A stretch of 64,000 nt of DNA, taken from the NCBI RefSeq assembly GCF_009914755.1, contig NC_060925.1. One strand, given 5' to 3'. This stretch comes from the human T2T-CHM13v2.0 reference genome, Homo sapiens. Positions 53,691 to 64,000 of the stretch are shown here, piece after piece. How positions within the stretch are numbered: position 1 is the stretch's first letter; each line of letters opens with the position of its first letter. Made by a program: the position numbers and the translations under genes. The notes below the pieces were generated by a model. That model was not told the origin of the DNA and did not search any database. It was given only the letters and a program-made list of their open reading frames with translations.

Positions 53691-56600
53691 TCAATTACAT
53701 CAAACCCCTCTGTGACAATAGGAAAATTCTTACAAGAATATTTGTCAAATTGACTGACTTACGATTATTTCTTTTTACCCAAGGAAGTAAAAATCAACAA
53801 CAGCAAAAACCACTAATGCACAATAGACAGACACCTGTACAGTGAAATTCTACTTCGAAAATAAATCTCAACATAGTAAATACAACTCAGAATACTTCTC
53901 CAGAACATGGGATACAGAGAAATTTAAACAAATCCACTTCAGACATACATTGTACATGAATGTTTATGATTTGATTCTGAAAGGAATTCCCAATCTGAGA
54001 AAGAATCACAAATGGTCAGTCTCAACATTTATCACATTTGACACATAGAAAAGCTATTTTAAATACTCTAGGACAAAATTGTGTAATCAGCTTTAGGCAT
54101 CAGCTTAGTAGCTCAAGTGAAGAGAAGAAAGGATTTGCAGCATTCTCAAAAATGCAATAAACAATTTACACTAAGTTATAAGTATCCTGATTTTTCTCTG
54201 AAAATAGATTTGTCAGGAAACTTGAAGGAGTGCAAATATTGGGCTTTCAAACATCAACAGACACACATACATGCATATGCACATACACGTGATTATGCAC
54301 CTCGTAACTGAAAATGACAGCTCTACAATCAAAAAGTAACTTTATATGTGTGTATGGAGTGTTGGACTACCCAGTATTCTCTCTTACTACTCATCCAAAT
54401 ATAATTTTTGTAACACAAAATGAGTTTTCCTAGTATACCTTAGGATCTTAGTGGACAGACTGGGAATCTGAGCCAAACTCAAGACAGGCAAAAGCTTATC
54501 ATCAAGACCTTTCTATCTCTTGTTCATGACACCTTCTCCTTCTTTCCACAGCACCTGGCTTTATGGATATAAAGGTTCTGGAGTTAGATGGATCTAGACA
54601 ATTGCTTAACATCTTTGAATATTTATTTAGTTATCTAGAAAATGTGACCAGTAACACTTGCCTCTGAAGATTGTTGGACTGATCTTACAGAATATGTCTC
54701 AACTACATGGCACAATGTAGGCATTCAAAAATAGTATATATTATCATTAATGCTGTCACCTGGCTTTCCTGGACTTATAGCTTGGATCTATTTACATAAT
54801 GCTGAATTTTATCAAAAGACATTGCACATCCACGAAAATATACATAAACATATACACAAATGCTAGGCAATGGGCTTTGTTAGATATCGATGAATCGATG
54901 TAAAAATATGACTAAATAATGTTTTCTATCATAAATTAATTTACAATTAGTAAAGGATACAGCAGCTAAACAAATTAATTAATTTAATTGCAAGTAGCTT
55001 CATGAACAGGTTCATGCGATGTCTACATGATCAATCATAAGCCCTGTACCAAGGCATATGGTTAGAAAAGGGATAGAAAAGGAGGTGGGATGTCAGAATC
55101 CATCAACAGATGTCACGAGAAGAGCCGAGAAGAAGGAGGAGTCAGAGATAACCCTGAGGTTTCTATCCTAAGTGACTGGGAAGGCAGAAGGGTCTAAATA
55201 AAGCAATCAGGTGTGGCGGGGGAGTAAATGATTTTACCTTCAGTTATGTCGAGTTAAACGTGATCTTGGACCATGAAGAAATGCCAATGAGCCAACTTCA
55301 AATTTCAGTATTGCTTCAAATTATTTGTTTTTCATCTAGTCTTTTAAATATGTAACCACTTTAAATCTCATTACTCTAAATGTCACAGCTGGAATGATTG
55401 TGACAGGCAAAGCGTAGCATGTCACCTTTTCTAAATAGTGTTTGTATTTTAGCTGGAGACTTAATGCCATAATGTAATGCTGAAGTTACTCTATTGTCAA
55501 AACATAAACCACACACAAATATTGTGAAGTAGGCAAAATGGATAATATAGGAAGTGTGCATGTTACATTAGAGAAGATATTTGCAATAAGGTGAGACTTT
55601 GGCTGCTCTTCTAATTATAATACTGAGTTAGCTGCCTCCTCCATATAAGTGGTACTGAGTTATTCTAAATATGCTCTTCAGTGTTTCCCAGTGTAAATAT
55701 ACCTTCTTTGTTAGATAGTTAATGCCGTATTTGGAATTATTTAGATTAAACATTAGCTAGATGTTTTTTCTCAGCCATGTTTTGTCAAGTCCATGATACC
55801 ATAATGTAGAGAAAACTTGCTGCCTCAAGAAATGTGGCACAAGCTCTCTTCTCAGCAAGGTCTGTACATGTCAAAGACATGAAAAAATGATCAGTCACCC
55901 TTTTATAAATCACAGTCCATTGGTTCCCTGGCAGTGTCATCAATTCAAAATGGCTTTTGTGAGTTTTTGGAAGCTCAGAGAGACCAACTGGAGTAGAAGG
56001 ATGTAGATAAATCAGTGCATGTGTAGCTAAACCCCTAGTAAGTTAGCAAACTGAGACACAGCAATAGCAGTATTAGTCTACATGATAGCTTGAGCATATC
56101 TAAAATAAACTGTGGGAGAGAAATTGATCACTATTTCTTTAAAAATTAAGTCCTAACTTCAGACTAACCTCAAATGTACATTTAAATCTACACCTAACCA
56201 AATAACAGATCACCTGGAACTATGTCTATGCTACCAAGATTACACTAATCTCATAACAGCATAACATTTTCATTATTTATTAAAGGTTCCAATCACTATT
56301 GGTTGGTAGTGGTTTGCTAAACCCCAGTTTAATAAAAATTCTTAATCCTTGTTTGAGACCAACAAAAAACATCAAGCCTCCAACAGTTGTTAGAAGGAGA
56401 AAGACAGCCCTTATGCAAAGAGATTCCCTCTTCTGAGCTTAGACTGATGGTTGTAAAGGATCAGCATGGATCAGACACAGCTTCTAGGTGGGAGACCCAT
56501 CCCATTATCTTTCCCTGTGCATCATTTTCACATAAACTCCGTTAGCTCAAACTTTTTCCTTCCTGTTTCTACACATCTTTTTGAATACTCGCTATTGTAC

Positions 56601-58687
56601 TGTAATAAGCAGGTTCTTTTAGGCATATCAAATACAGCAGAGCAGATATCCACCCTGACCACAACAGCAGAGATTTCTCCGAAAATAATAAAAGCTTTAC
56701 AACCTCCCTGAAAACTGTGGAGCCCTATAAAGAACCATCAATACCATGAACCACAGGTACATAGTTCCTGGAATTGCTCAAACAATAAATAAAAACATTC
56801 GGAAATACCTGAAAGGAGAGGACAGAGAACTCTTTATAATAACTCTATTAGAAAACAAACACATTCAGCTCAAAACAGTTGTCTTTTCATGTTTAAGAAT
56901 GAAGTAGAGGAAACAAGTTTGAACTTCTTTATAGCTTCCCCAATAATGGAATGTATACAACTTGTCATTTATAGTGAGTGTACTGGTTGTTAGGCAAACA
57001 TGAAATTGAAACACTCATAGAATGATTTTTGTTACTTTAGAATTAGGCAATTCTACATATGCCTGACACTCGAGGAAAATTATTCAGTTGAATTATCACT
57101 CCTGGCTCCCCATAATAATTCTTAAAATGTATAGAACTGGCTTTATATTAGGGGAATCTCTTTAGCTTTTTGGCGCTTCTGAATCATAGAAACATTGTCA
57201 ACTCTCAAGTGTTCAGCGCTAAAGATCAGTTTGAGCATTATACATACCTTTTTTTTCTCCTCCACATCAACCTTGTCTTTTAGGCTGTTGTTGTTTTTTT
57301 CGTTTGATGGGTTGATTGTGCTTTGGTATTTCTAAAACAGGAAAAGTTCCCTTGTCCCCCTCGCAGGGTGTGCACTGGGAGTTGTAGCTCACCTCTTCAT
57401 TGCCCAGCTGCTCAAACCTCTAGGGGAGCATACAGACCGGCAGGCTGTGGGGCTCTGACCCCACGGCAGTGTCTAGCGGTTTGCAGCTGAAGCTCTAGTG
57501 GGCGTGTGTTACAAGTTTGCTCTTTAATTTAGGCATCCGTAGGTGCCTTGTGTTAGCTCAATTAGAACCCCCTGCCTTATTGGAAGGACAGAGGGCTTTC
57601 TGTATCCTGAGGTTTCTTGCGTTGGTGTACTGGAAAAATCAGTTCACATGTGGGCTTGGAGAATGAGTGCAAGGTTTTATTGAGTGGAAGTAGCTCTCAG
57701 CAGATGGTGAAGCCAGAAGGGAGATGGTTTTCCCCTGGAGTTGAGCCACTCAGCACCAGGGCTCTCCTCCGACTACCCCGGCCAAACTCTGATGGCCTGC
57801 CGGTGTGCCAGCGTCGTGTGCTCTTCCACTGGTTTGCTCCCCTCGACGTCCTCTTGACGTCCAGCTGCTTGCATCTTCTTCCGCGGATGTATTCCTCTCG
57901 ATATCCAGCAGCTTGTGTCCCTGCCCGCTAGGGTCTTGAGGCTTTTATAGGCACAGGGTGAGCGCATGACAGGCCAGGGTGGTCTTGGGAAATGCAGTAT
58001 TTTGGCAGGAAAACAAAAATACCTGTCTTCCTCTAGTCCCTGGGCACAGGACTAGGGGTGGAGCCCTAGCCAGAGACCATGCCCTCCTCTACCCGGCATT
58101 TTCCTTCCCCACTTCTTTATCATTTAAAGGGACCATGCCCTTCCCTTCCCAGCACTTCCCTTCAGTATCATTTCCCCACTCTGGAGAGGTACATCTAACT
58201 GTCATTAGAATACGGACGATGACCTGTCTTAGCTGTTTCCTGCTGACAGCGACATGTTGTTTTGGGGGAAATGGCAGTCAGACTCCTCCCAGAGGTCTAT
58301 CTAAGGGTTTCTAACAAAGGGGAGCCATTGTCTGAGGCTCCGGTTGTCTGACCCTTTGGAATTTGATGGCTTCTAGGCGTAAGAGGAAAAAAACAAGTTT
58401 TATAAGGTTAAGTATGTATGGGCTAAATATGTGTATGATACAAAAAAAGAATTTAGTGCCAAAGATTACAGAGACAAGCAGTAAAATATACTAACAACAT
58501 TGAACCCTGCGCTGTTTCACCCAGGTGAAACACATTAAACCTTGCATGGGAGTGGATAAACTTTTAGAATGAAATAACTGTTCTTGCCATATCTTTAGCA
58601 GTTAACAGGTGCACACTGAGAATTCTGGGGTTTGTGAGCTTGCTTGGTGGCCTTTAAAGCTTCTGTCTCTTTACTGTATTTCCTCTC

Positions 58688-59885
58688 TCATTCCTGGGCC
58701 TCCCTGTCTCTATTATAAAAGACTGAGGTGGCTAGTTTAAGGAGGTTCTCTAAACTACTGTCTGGTTCCAGGGCCTGTTTTTGTAGCTTCCTCTTGATGT
58801 CAGGAGCTGCCTGGGTAATAAATTTATCCTTTAGGATTAGTTGTCCCTCGACTGAATCAGGAGAGAGAGAGGTATGCTTTACCAGGGCCTCTCTTATCTT
58901 CTCCAGGAAGGCAGTGGGGTTTCCATCAAATCTCTGGTCAATCATGGACAACTTAGTGTAATTGAGAGGCTTGGTCCTAGTTCTACATAAGCCTTCCATT
59001 ATGCACTCCTGAAAGTGTCTCCTCTTCCAGGCTTCCACCTCATCATTAGGATCCCGTCTAGGGTCATCCATTGGTACTGCTTCTCTTCCAGTTGGGATAA
59101 TATTTGCCTCCTTCCCTGAAGCTATATGTGATACAAAGCTCATCCCTATGTCTCTCTGCTGCTTGCAGAGCAGCCTGTTCTTCAGTATCCACCAGGGTCT
59201 GATTCAAAAGTAACAGAACATCTTTCCAGGAGAGTTCAACTATTTGGGTGAAATTCTTGAAAGCCTCTATATATCTATCAGGGTAATCTGAAAACTTGCC
59301 AGGATCCCCCTTAATTTGCTTTAAGGAATTGCTGTAGGGAAAAGGGGACCTGGATCTTACCTGGCCCAAATTCACTGGACATCTGTTGGAGCAGCAAGAG
59401 TAAGAATGGGGCTTGTTTAGGGCGAGAATTTCTAGGAGGGGGCAAGTGAGAGGCTAAAGCAGAATAGGGAGGTCTGGGTGGACCCAGAGGAGCAGGGCTG
59501 GAGGGAGCTGTCTCCTCTGCTGGAAGTGCCTCTGGGACTCATATCTTTAATTCCCTGGACTTTCCCCTTGCAGCCTTCCCTGAGATGGCAAACAGGAGAG
59601 CTGGATCAGTCTTACACTGTTGGCAAGGGTCTGAATTGCCTTGCAAGGTATAGAAAGCCTGCATATATGGGGCCTCAGACATATATTCCTGTCCTTACAT
59701 CTACAGAAACGTTCCAACTGCTGTATGCCATTGAAATGAATGGTTCCTTCCTGGGGCCAACCGAGTCCTTCCTGTAAATCATAATTTGGCTAAACCTTTG
59801 TGCAGAGGGCTATGAGGCACTTTTCCTCCAGATTCTGAGGGTCAAAGCAATCCCAATGGTTCAGGATACACTCCAGAAGAGTATA
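58688..59885 (-). pseudogene. gag: Frameshifted gammaretrovirus-like gag remnant (MA-CA)
   Basis: 'LLECILNHWDCFDPQNL' (MA), 'LKQIKGDPGKFSDYPDRYIEAF...LSWKDVLLLLNQTL' (CA N-terminal) and 'IDQRFDGNPTAFLEKIREALVKHT...DKFITQAAPDIKRKLQK' (major homology region, CA C-terminal). Confidence 0.88.
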
Positions 59886-61105
59886 AGCTGGGAGTGGTGA
59901 AGAGAACTGGTTGTCCATTCAGAAAGACAGGGAAAAGAGGCATCCTCATTTCCCTTTCTTCTTTCAGCAAAAAACTCAGGGTGAGATGGAGAGAGAAGGT
60001 CAGTGTCCTCCCTTGACTTTTCACCTCTTGTCCCTGAGCCCCAGTGACCTTGGCCAGGTGCCGGCCATAGGTACAAATGCAGTGTGTACCCATAAAGCAG
60101 GGAAAACCTGGAGAATCAGAATTAACTGCCCTCGCATATGCCTCCCTTTCTCCCTGCTGTTGGCAAACTCTGAGTTCCCTGGGCCTGTTTATGCCATGAA
60201 TCATGGCCTCCTTCCAGAGGGTGGGGGGTTTAGTTGGCAGGAATTGGTCCTGCCCATTTACATTGTGCCTATTTCCTGGCTTTGGATCCCTCAGACCTGT
60301 TTTTTCTTTCCAGGGCCTCAGCCTGAAGCTTGGAATCAAGGTTGGGACTGAAAAGGCATTTTAGAGGCTGTTTCTGTTTAGAGTGTCTCACATGTGCCCT
60401 GCTGAATCTGCAGTTCTCAGCCAGCAAGGGTCGCTCTTCTGTTAACTTCCCTACCAGAAACAGAGTTGGGAGAGGGAGCCCTCTCACTTAGAAAAGGAAA
60501 AAAGAGAAAAACAGTTTAAGGGGCTAAAAGGGAGAGATGCTAGGAGAAGAACCCCTTGCATAGTGCAAGTGGGTCCCTCTAATCCTTATAACTTTCCCAT
60601 CCTTGCCTTAGGTCAGACCAGGTTAAATTCCTTGGCCAGGGGAGGAAAGGTTTGGTTGGCATGGTGGGCAAGAAGCACCCAGTAGGGTCCCAGCTACCAC
60701 TGGTTTTCTCCGGCTTCCACCCGCCCGTGGCTGTTGGACTTGGCCTTTGCCTGCTGCAGGCACAGTCACACGCCTGAGCTGGGAGGGGAAAGGTGCGCTG
60801 AGCCATGAATGCCTGTGGCTGACAAGGTGGAGGCATACGTGGCAACTGTAAGAAAAATTGGTCTGATTTGCACATTTGTTGGCTGAGCCAAATGCTCATT
60901 TTACTTAGTAACATTGCCACAGCCTGTAGCAAAACTCTTAACATTATAAATGAAGAGATAAGAGCCATTTCAAACTGTGTGAGAGAGAGAAAAGACATGA
61001 AAGGAAAACACAGCCTCTTACCCACAGGAAAGAGAGAGAGGTGGCAGGGTTTTGGAAGAAAGGCAGACCTGACAGTTTTGCTTTTGTTCACACTGACCTT
61101 CCGAG

Positions 61106-61123
61106 ATCCCAGACGAGCCCCTA
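61106..61123 (-). other. tRNA-Pro primer binding site
   Basis: Minus strand TAGGGGCTCGTCTGGGAT versus the Pro PBS TGGGGGCTCGTCCGGGAT (2 mismatches), immediately inside the 5' LTR. Confidence 0.88.
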
Positions 61124-62967
61124 ATTTAAATGGGAAAATTTCTCATGTCCCTCTTGCAGGGTGTGTGATGAGGGTGTGGCTCACTTCTTCAGTGCTCCAC
61201 TGCCCAAACCTCTAGGGCAGCATACAGATGGGCAGGCTGTGGGGCTCCGACCCCACGGCAGTGTCTAGGGGTGAATGTTTACAGCTGAAGCTCTAGTGGA
61301 CATGTATTACAGGGTGCTCTTTTAGTTTAGCCATCTGTAGGCAGTTTGTGTTAGTCAGTTCAATTAGACTCCTGCAAGGATAGAGGGCTTTCTGTATCCC
61401 AGGGTCCTTGCCTTGGTGTACTGGAAAAATCAGATCACACCTTCAGCTTGGAGAATGAGTGCAAGGTTTTATTGATTGGAATTAGCTCTCAGAAGTTGGG
61501 GGAGCCAGAAGGGAGGTAGTTCTCTCCTGGAGTCAAGCCACTCAAAGGCCCAGGCTTTCCTCTGACCACCCCAGCCAAACTTCATTGTTCCACCTTTGAT
61601 GGCCTGCCAGTGTGCCAGCGTCTGTAGGTGCTGTCTTCCACCGGTGTGTTCCCCTCAATGTCCTCTTAATGTCCAGCCACTTGTGTGTCTGCCTGCTAGG
61701 GTTTTGGAGTTTTAATAGGCACAGGATGAGGGTGTGGCAGGCCAGGGTGGTCTTGGGAAATGCAACATTTGATCAGAAAAACAAAAATACCTGTCCTCAC
61801 ATAGGTTCATGGGGACAGGCCTAGCCAGGGACCATGCCCTCCTCTACCCAACACTTCCCTTTCTCTCTTCTGTATCATTTAAAGGGAACACACCTTCCTT
61901 CCCAGCACTTCCCTTTGTATCATTTCCAAGAAAAAACTGGAAAGAGGTGTGAAAGCAAACAAAACACAAAGGATAGCTGATTTTTTTTTTTTTTTTTAAG
62001 CTTGGGTAAAAACAGGGTCCAGAGAATCTTGAAGTTTCAATTGTTTTCAGTTACTCAGCTTTTCCCTAACTGCCCACCATCTTTCTGGCCTCCCAAAATG
62101 ACTTCATTGCCATGAATTAAGAGTTGACCCAAGAGCTGGCTGAAAGGCATCAGAAAAAAAGAAAATGGCATTACCTAAAATATATGTCCTCATTACCATT
62201 CATTTCATATATATGATATTCATTTTCACATTTTCTATCTCCTTTACTTTTCAAAGTGAGGCACAGAAACACTGAACTACAGAAAGCAAAGGGCAAAGGA
62301 TGGAGCTCGGATTTGAACTGAATTACAAAGCCAGTGCTCTTTCAGTGCCTTCCATGTTGACTCCTTTTGAGAGCGAACAACTGTAGTAATACATGTTAAC
62401 TCAGGTTTAATGATTTGTTCTGGGTCCTCTATTTATATAAAATTTGATTTCCTGATCTCTCAATCCCTGAATCCTTGACCTAGCCTCAGAACCAGTTTAT
62501 TTTTTCAATTGTTATGATAGGGTTTCATATATTATTTAAAATATACCTTGATAAGGACCTATTAAAAAAACTTTAACAAAAAAATAGTGATCTTTTGTTC
62601 TTCATTTAATGTCCTTCCCCTCAGTGGGTCTAGGCAAATAATATGCAGAAGAATTTCTTGAAGGTGAGATGTCTTCTAGCTTGAGCCTCAGGGGTTCATT
62701 CAGGTCTCTCATCAAAAGCAAATTTTAAGTAGGTCTCTTACTGATTTATAATTTACAAACTTTGCCAACTATAGCATACAAAAATCACCCTAGTGTAAAG
62801 AGAAATGCGAATTTAATTCATAGACATTGGTTGACACAAAGTTTAACTTTATTTCATAATGACTACATTTCAACTTCATTTATTGCTTTAAAGTTAAAAT
62901 TAAAAGTCATTTTTATAGCCAAGCCAAAAGTTTTAAGGCAAATAATTTTCAATTGTGAATTATAGGT

Positions 62968-63193
62968 TTGTCTTAGTCATTGGTAGTGCTACAACAAATA
63001 TACCATAGACTAGATGGTTTAAATGACAAAAAAAATATATTTTTTCAGTTCTAGAAGTTGAGAAGTCCAAGATCAAGGTACTGGTTGAGCCAGTGACTAG
63101 TGACGGCCCATCCTGGCTTGCAGACAGCCGTCTTCTTGCATCCTCAGGAAGAGCAGAGAGAGAGAGAGAGAGAGGCAAGGTCTCTCATGTCCA
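62968..63193 (-). mobile_element. MLT1A-type LTR, 3' half only, antisense
   Basis: tgtcttagtc...taccatagactagatggtttaa...gaagtccaagatcaagg...ggcttgcagacagccgtcttc. Confidence 0.8.
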
Positions 63194-63195
63194 TG

Positions 63196-63478
63196 TATTG
63201 GTATTAAAAGGAAGGGCCACTGGGAGGTGATTAGGTCATGAATGGAATTAGTGCCCTTATAAAGGAGGCCCTAAATAGCTCCCTTGTCCTTTCCACTATG
63301 TGAAGTTACAGAGAAGATGGCCATCTATGAAGAAGCTGGCTCTCACCAGATGCTAAATCTGCTGGTACCTTTATCTTGGACTTCCCAGCCTCCAGAACTG
63401 TGATAAATAAATTTCTGCTGTTTATAAGCCATCCAATTTAAAATAGTCTGTTATAATAGCCCAAATGGGCTATGGCAG
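63196..63478 (+). mobile_element. MLT1A0-type LTR, 5'-truncated, sense
   Basis: gggaggtgattaggtcatg...tagtgcccttataaag...tcttggacttcccagcctccagaactgtga...aataaatttctgctgtttataagcc. Confidence 0.85.
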
Positions 63479-64000
63479 ACAGTTCGGTATAGTGCATCCC
63501 TTTCAAAGAGTTGAGCATAGATTTTCTTTACACATCTCATCTTTTAAAAACCTTTACCATTTAGAAGTATTTGTATTATAATGTACTTGCGGCTCATAAA
63601 ATAAAAGCATTGTCACATCATTTTTAATACACATACATTATTGGAAAACATAAAAATTACATCTAATTAGAGAGAAGGACTAAATTCCAAGTAAGTCTGG
63701 GGGAAAGAATAAGTACTCGAAAGTGTATTTACTGAGTCTGTTTTCAAGTGAGAGATGCATAAAATTCAAATTTACGAGCAGATAAATACATTTATGCCTA
63801 CCAAGGATTTTTCAATGTATTTGTAACTTTTGCAACCCAGGTTTTAATCCCTGTCTGCTACTATAGGACCTTAAGTTTCCTTTAAATTGTCATCCAATAT
63901 GGCTGAGATGATCCTAGGGTGGGTTATGTTTGTCCAGTACTATGTTATCCTCTGATATTTGCCATTTTCTTCTTCTTCTGCCCAGATCCCCTGAGGTGAG

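Larger units (their letters stand above)
57333..61922 (-). mobile_element. Full-length non-autonomous ERV1 provirus, LTR1/HUERS-P2-like: 3' LTR 57333-58170, internal 58171-61125, 5' LTR 61126-61922
   Basis: Two homologous ~800-bp LTRs; 4-bp TSD TTTC at 57329-57332 and 61923-61926; Pro PBS; purine tract beside the 3' LTR; gag remnants; ~3-kb internal region with no recognisable pol or env. The family name is from recall. Confidence 0.88.

Noticed and set aside
54886-54899. Paired ATCGAT palindromes
   Set aside because: 8-bp tandem duplication inside L2-like sequence; no supporting context
59842-61215. Several 115-170-aa ORFs in the ERV leader
   Set aside because: No retroviral or cellular motifs; GC-richer leader sequence yields chance ORFs on both strands

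Overview
This is AT-rich, CpG-poor primate (probably human) genomic DNA. It looks intergenic or deep-intronic: I find no intact protein-coding gene, RNA gene or CRISPR array, and the ORFs I could assign come from repeats or chance. The window is dominated by transposable-element fossils. These include four Alus, many MIR/L2/old L1 fragments, several MaLR LTRs, and a full THE1-type LTR-int-LTR element (27829-30135, GCTAT TSD). There is also a full LTR1/HUERS-P2-like provirus with Pro PBS, gag remnants and TTTC TSD (57333-61922), and a nest in which an MLT1 element holds a full-length Tigger2, itself split by a MER11 solo LTR, plus an L1 fragment (42560-47870). Family names come from recalled consensus sequences, so subfamily calls need RepeatMasker/Dfam. 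I cannot support a wholly new biological system here. The best leads are: (1) strong CpG/TATA asymmetry between the two sister LTRs, suggesting the 3' LTR became a promoter of a minus-strand transcript; (2) minus-strand splice signals near 5.5 kb and 7.6-7.9 kb, including a recursive-splice-like 33-nt exon; (3) a 52-bp copy of the neighbouring Tigger2 sitting at a deletion junction, resembling a templated repair insertion.
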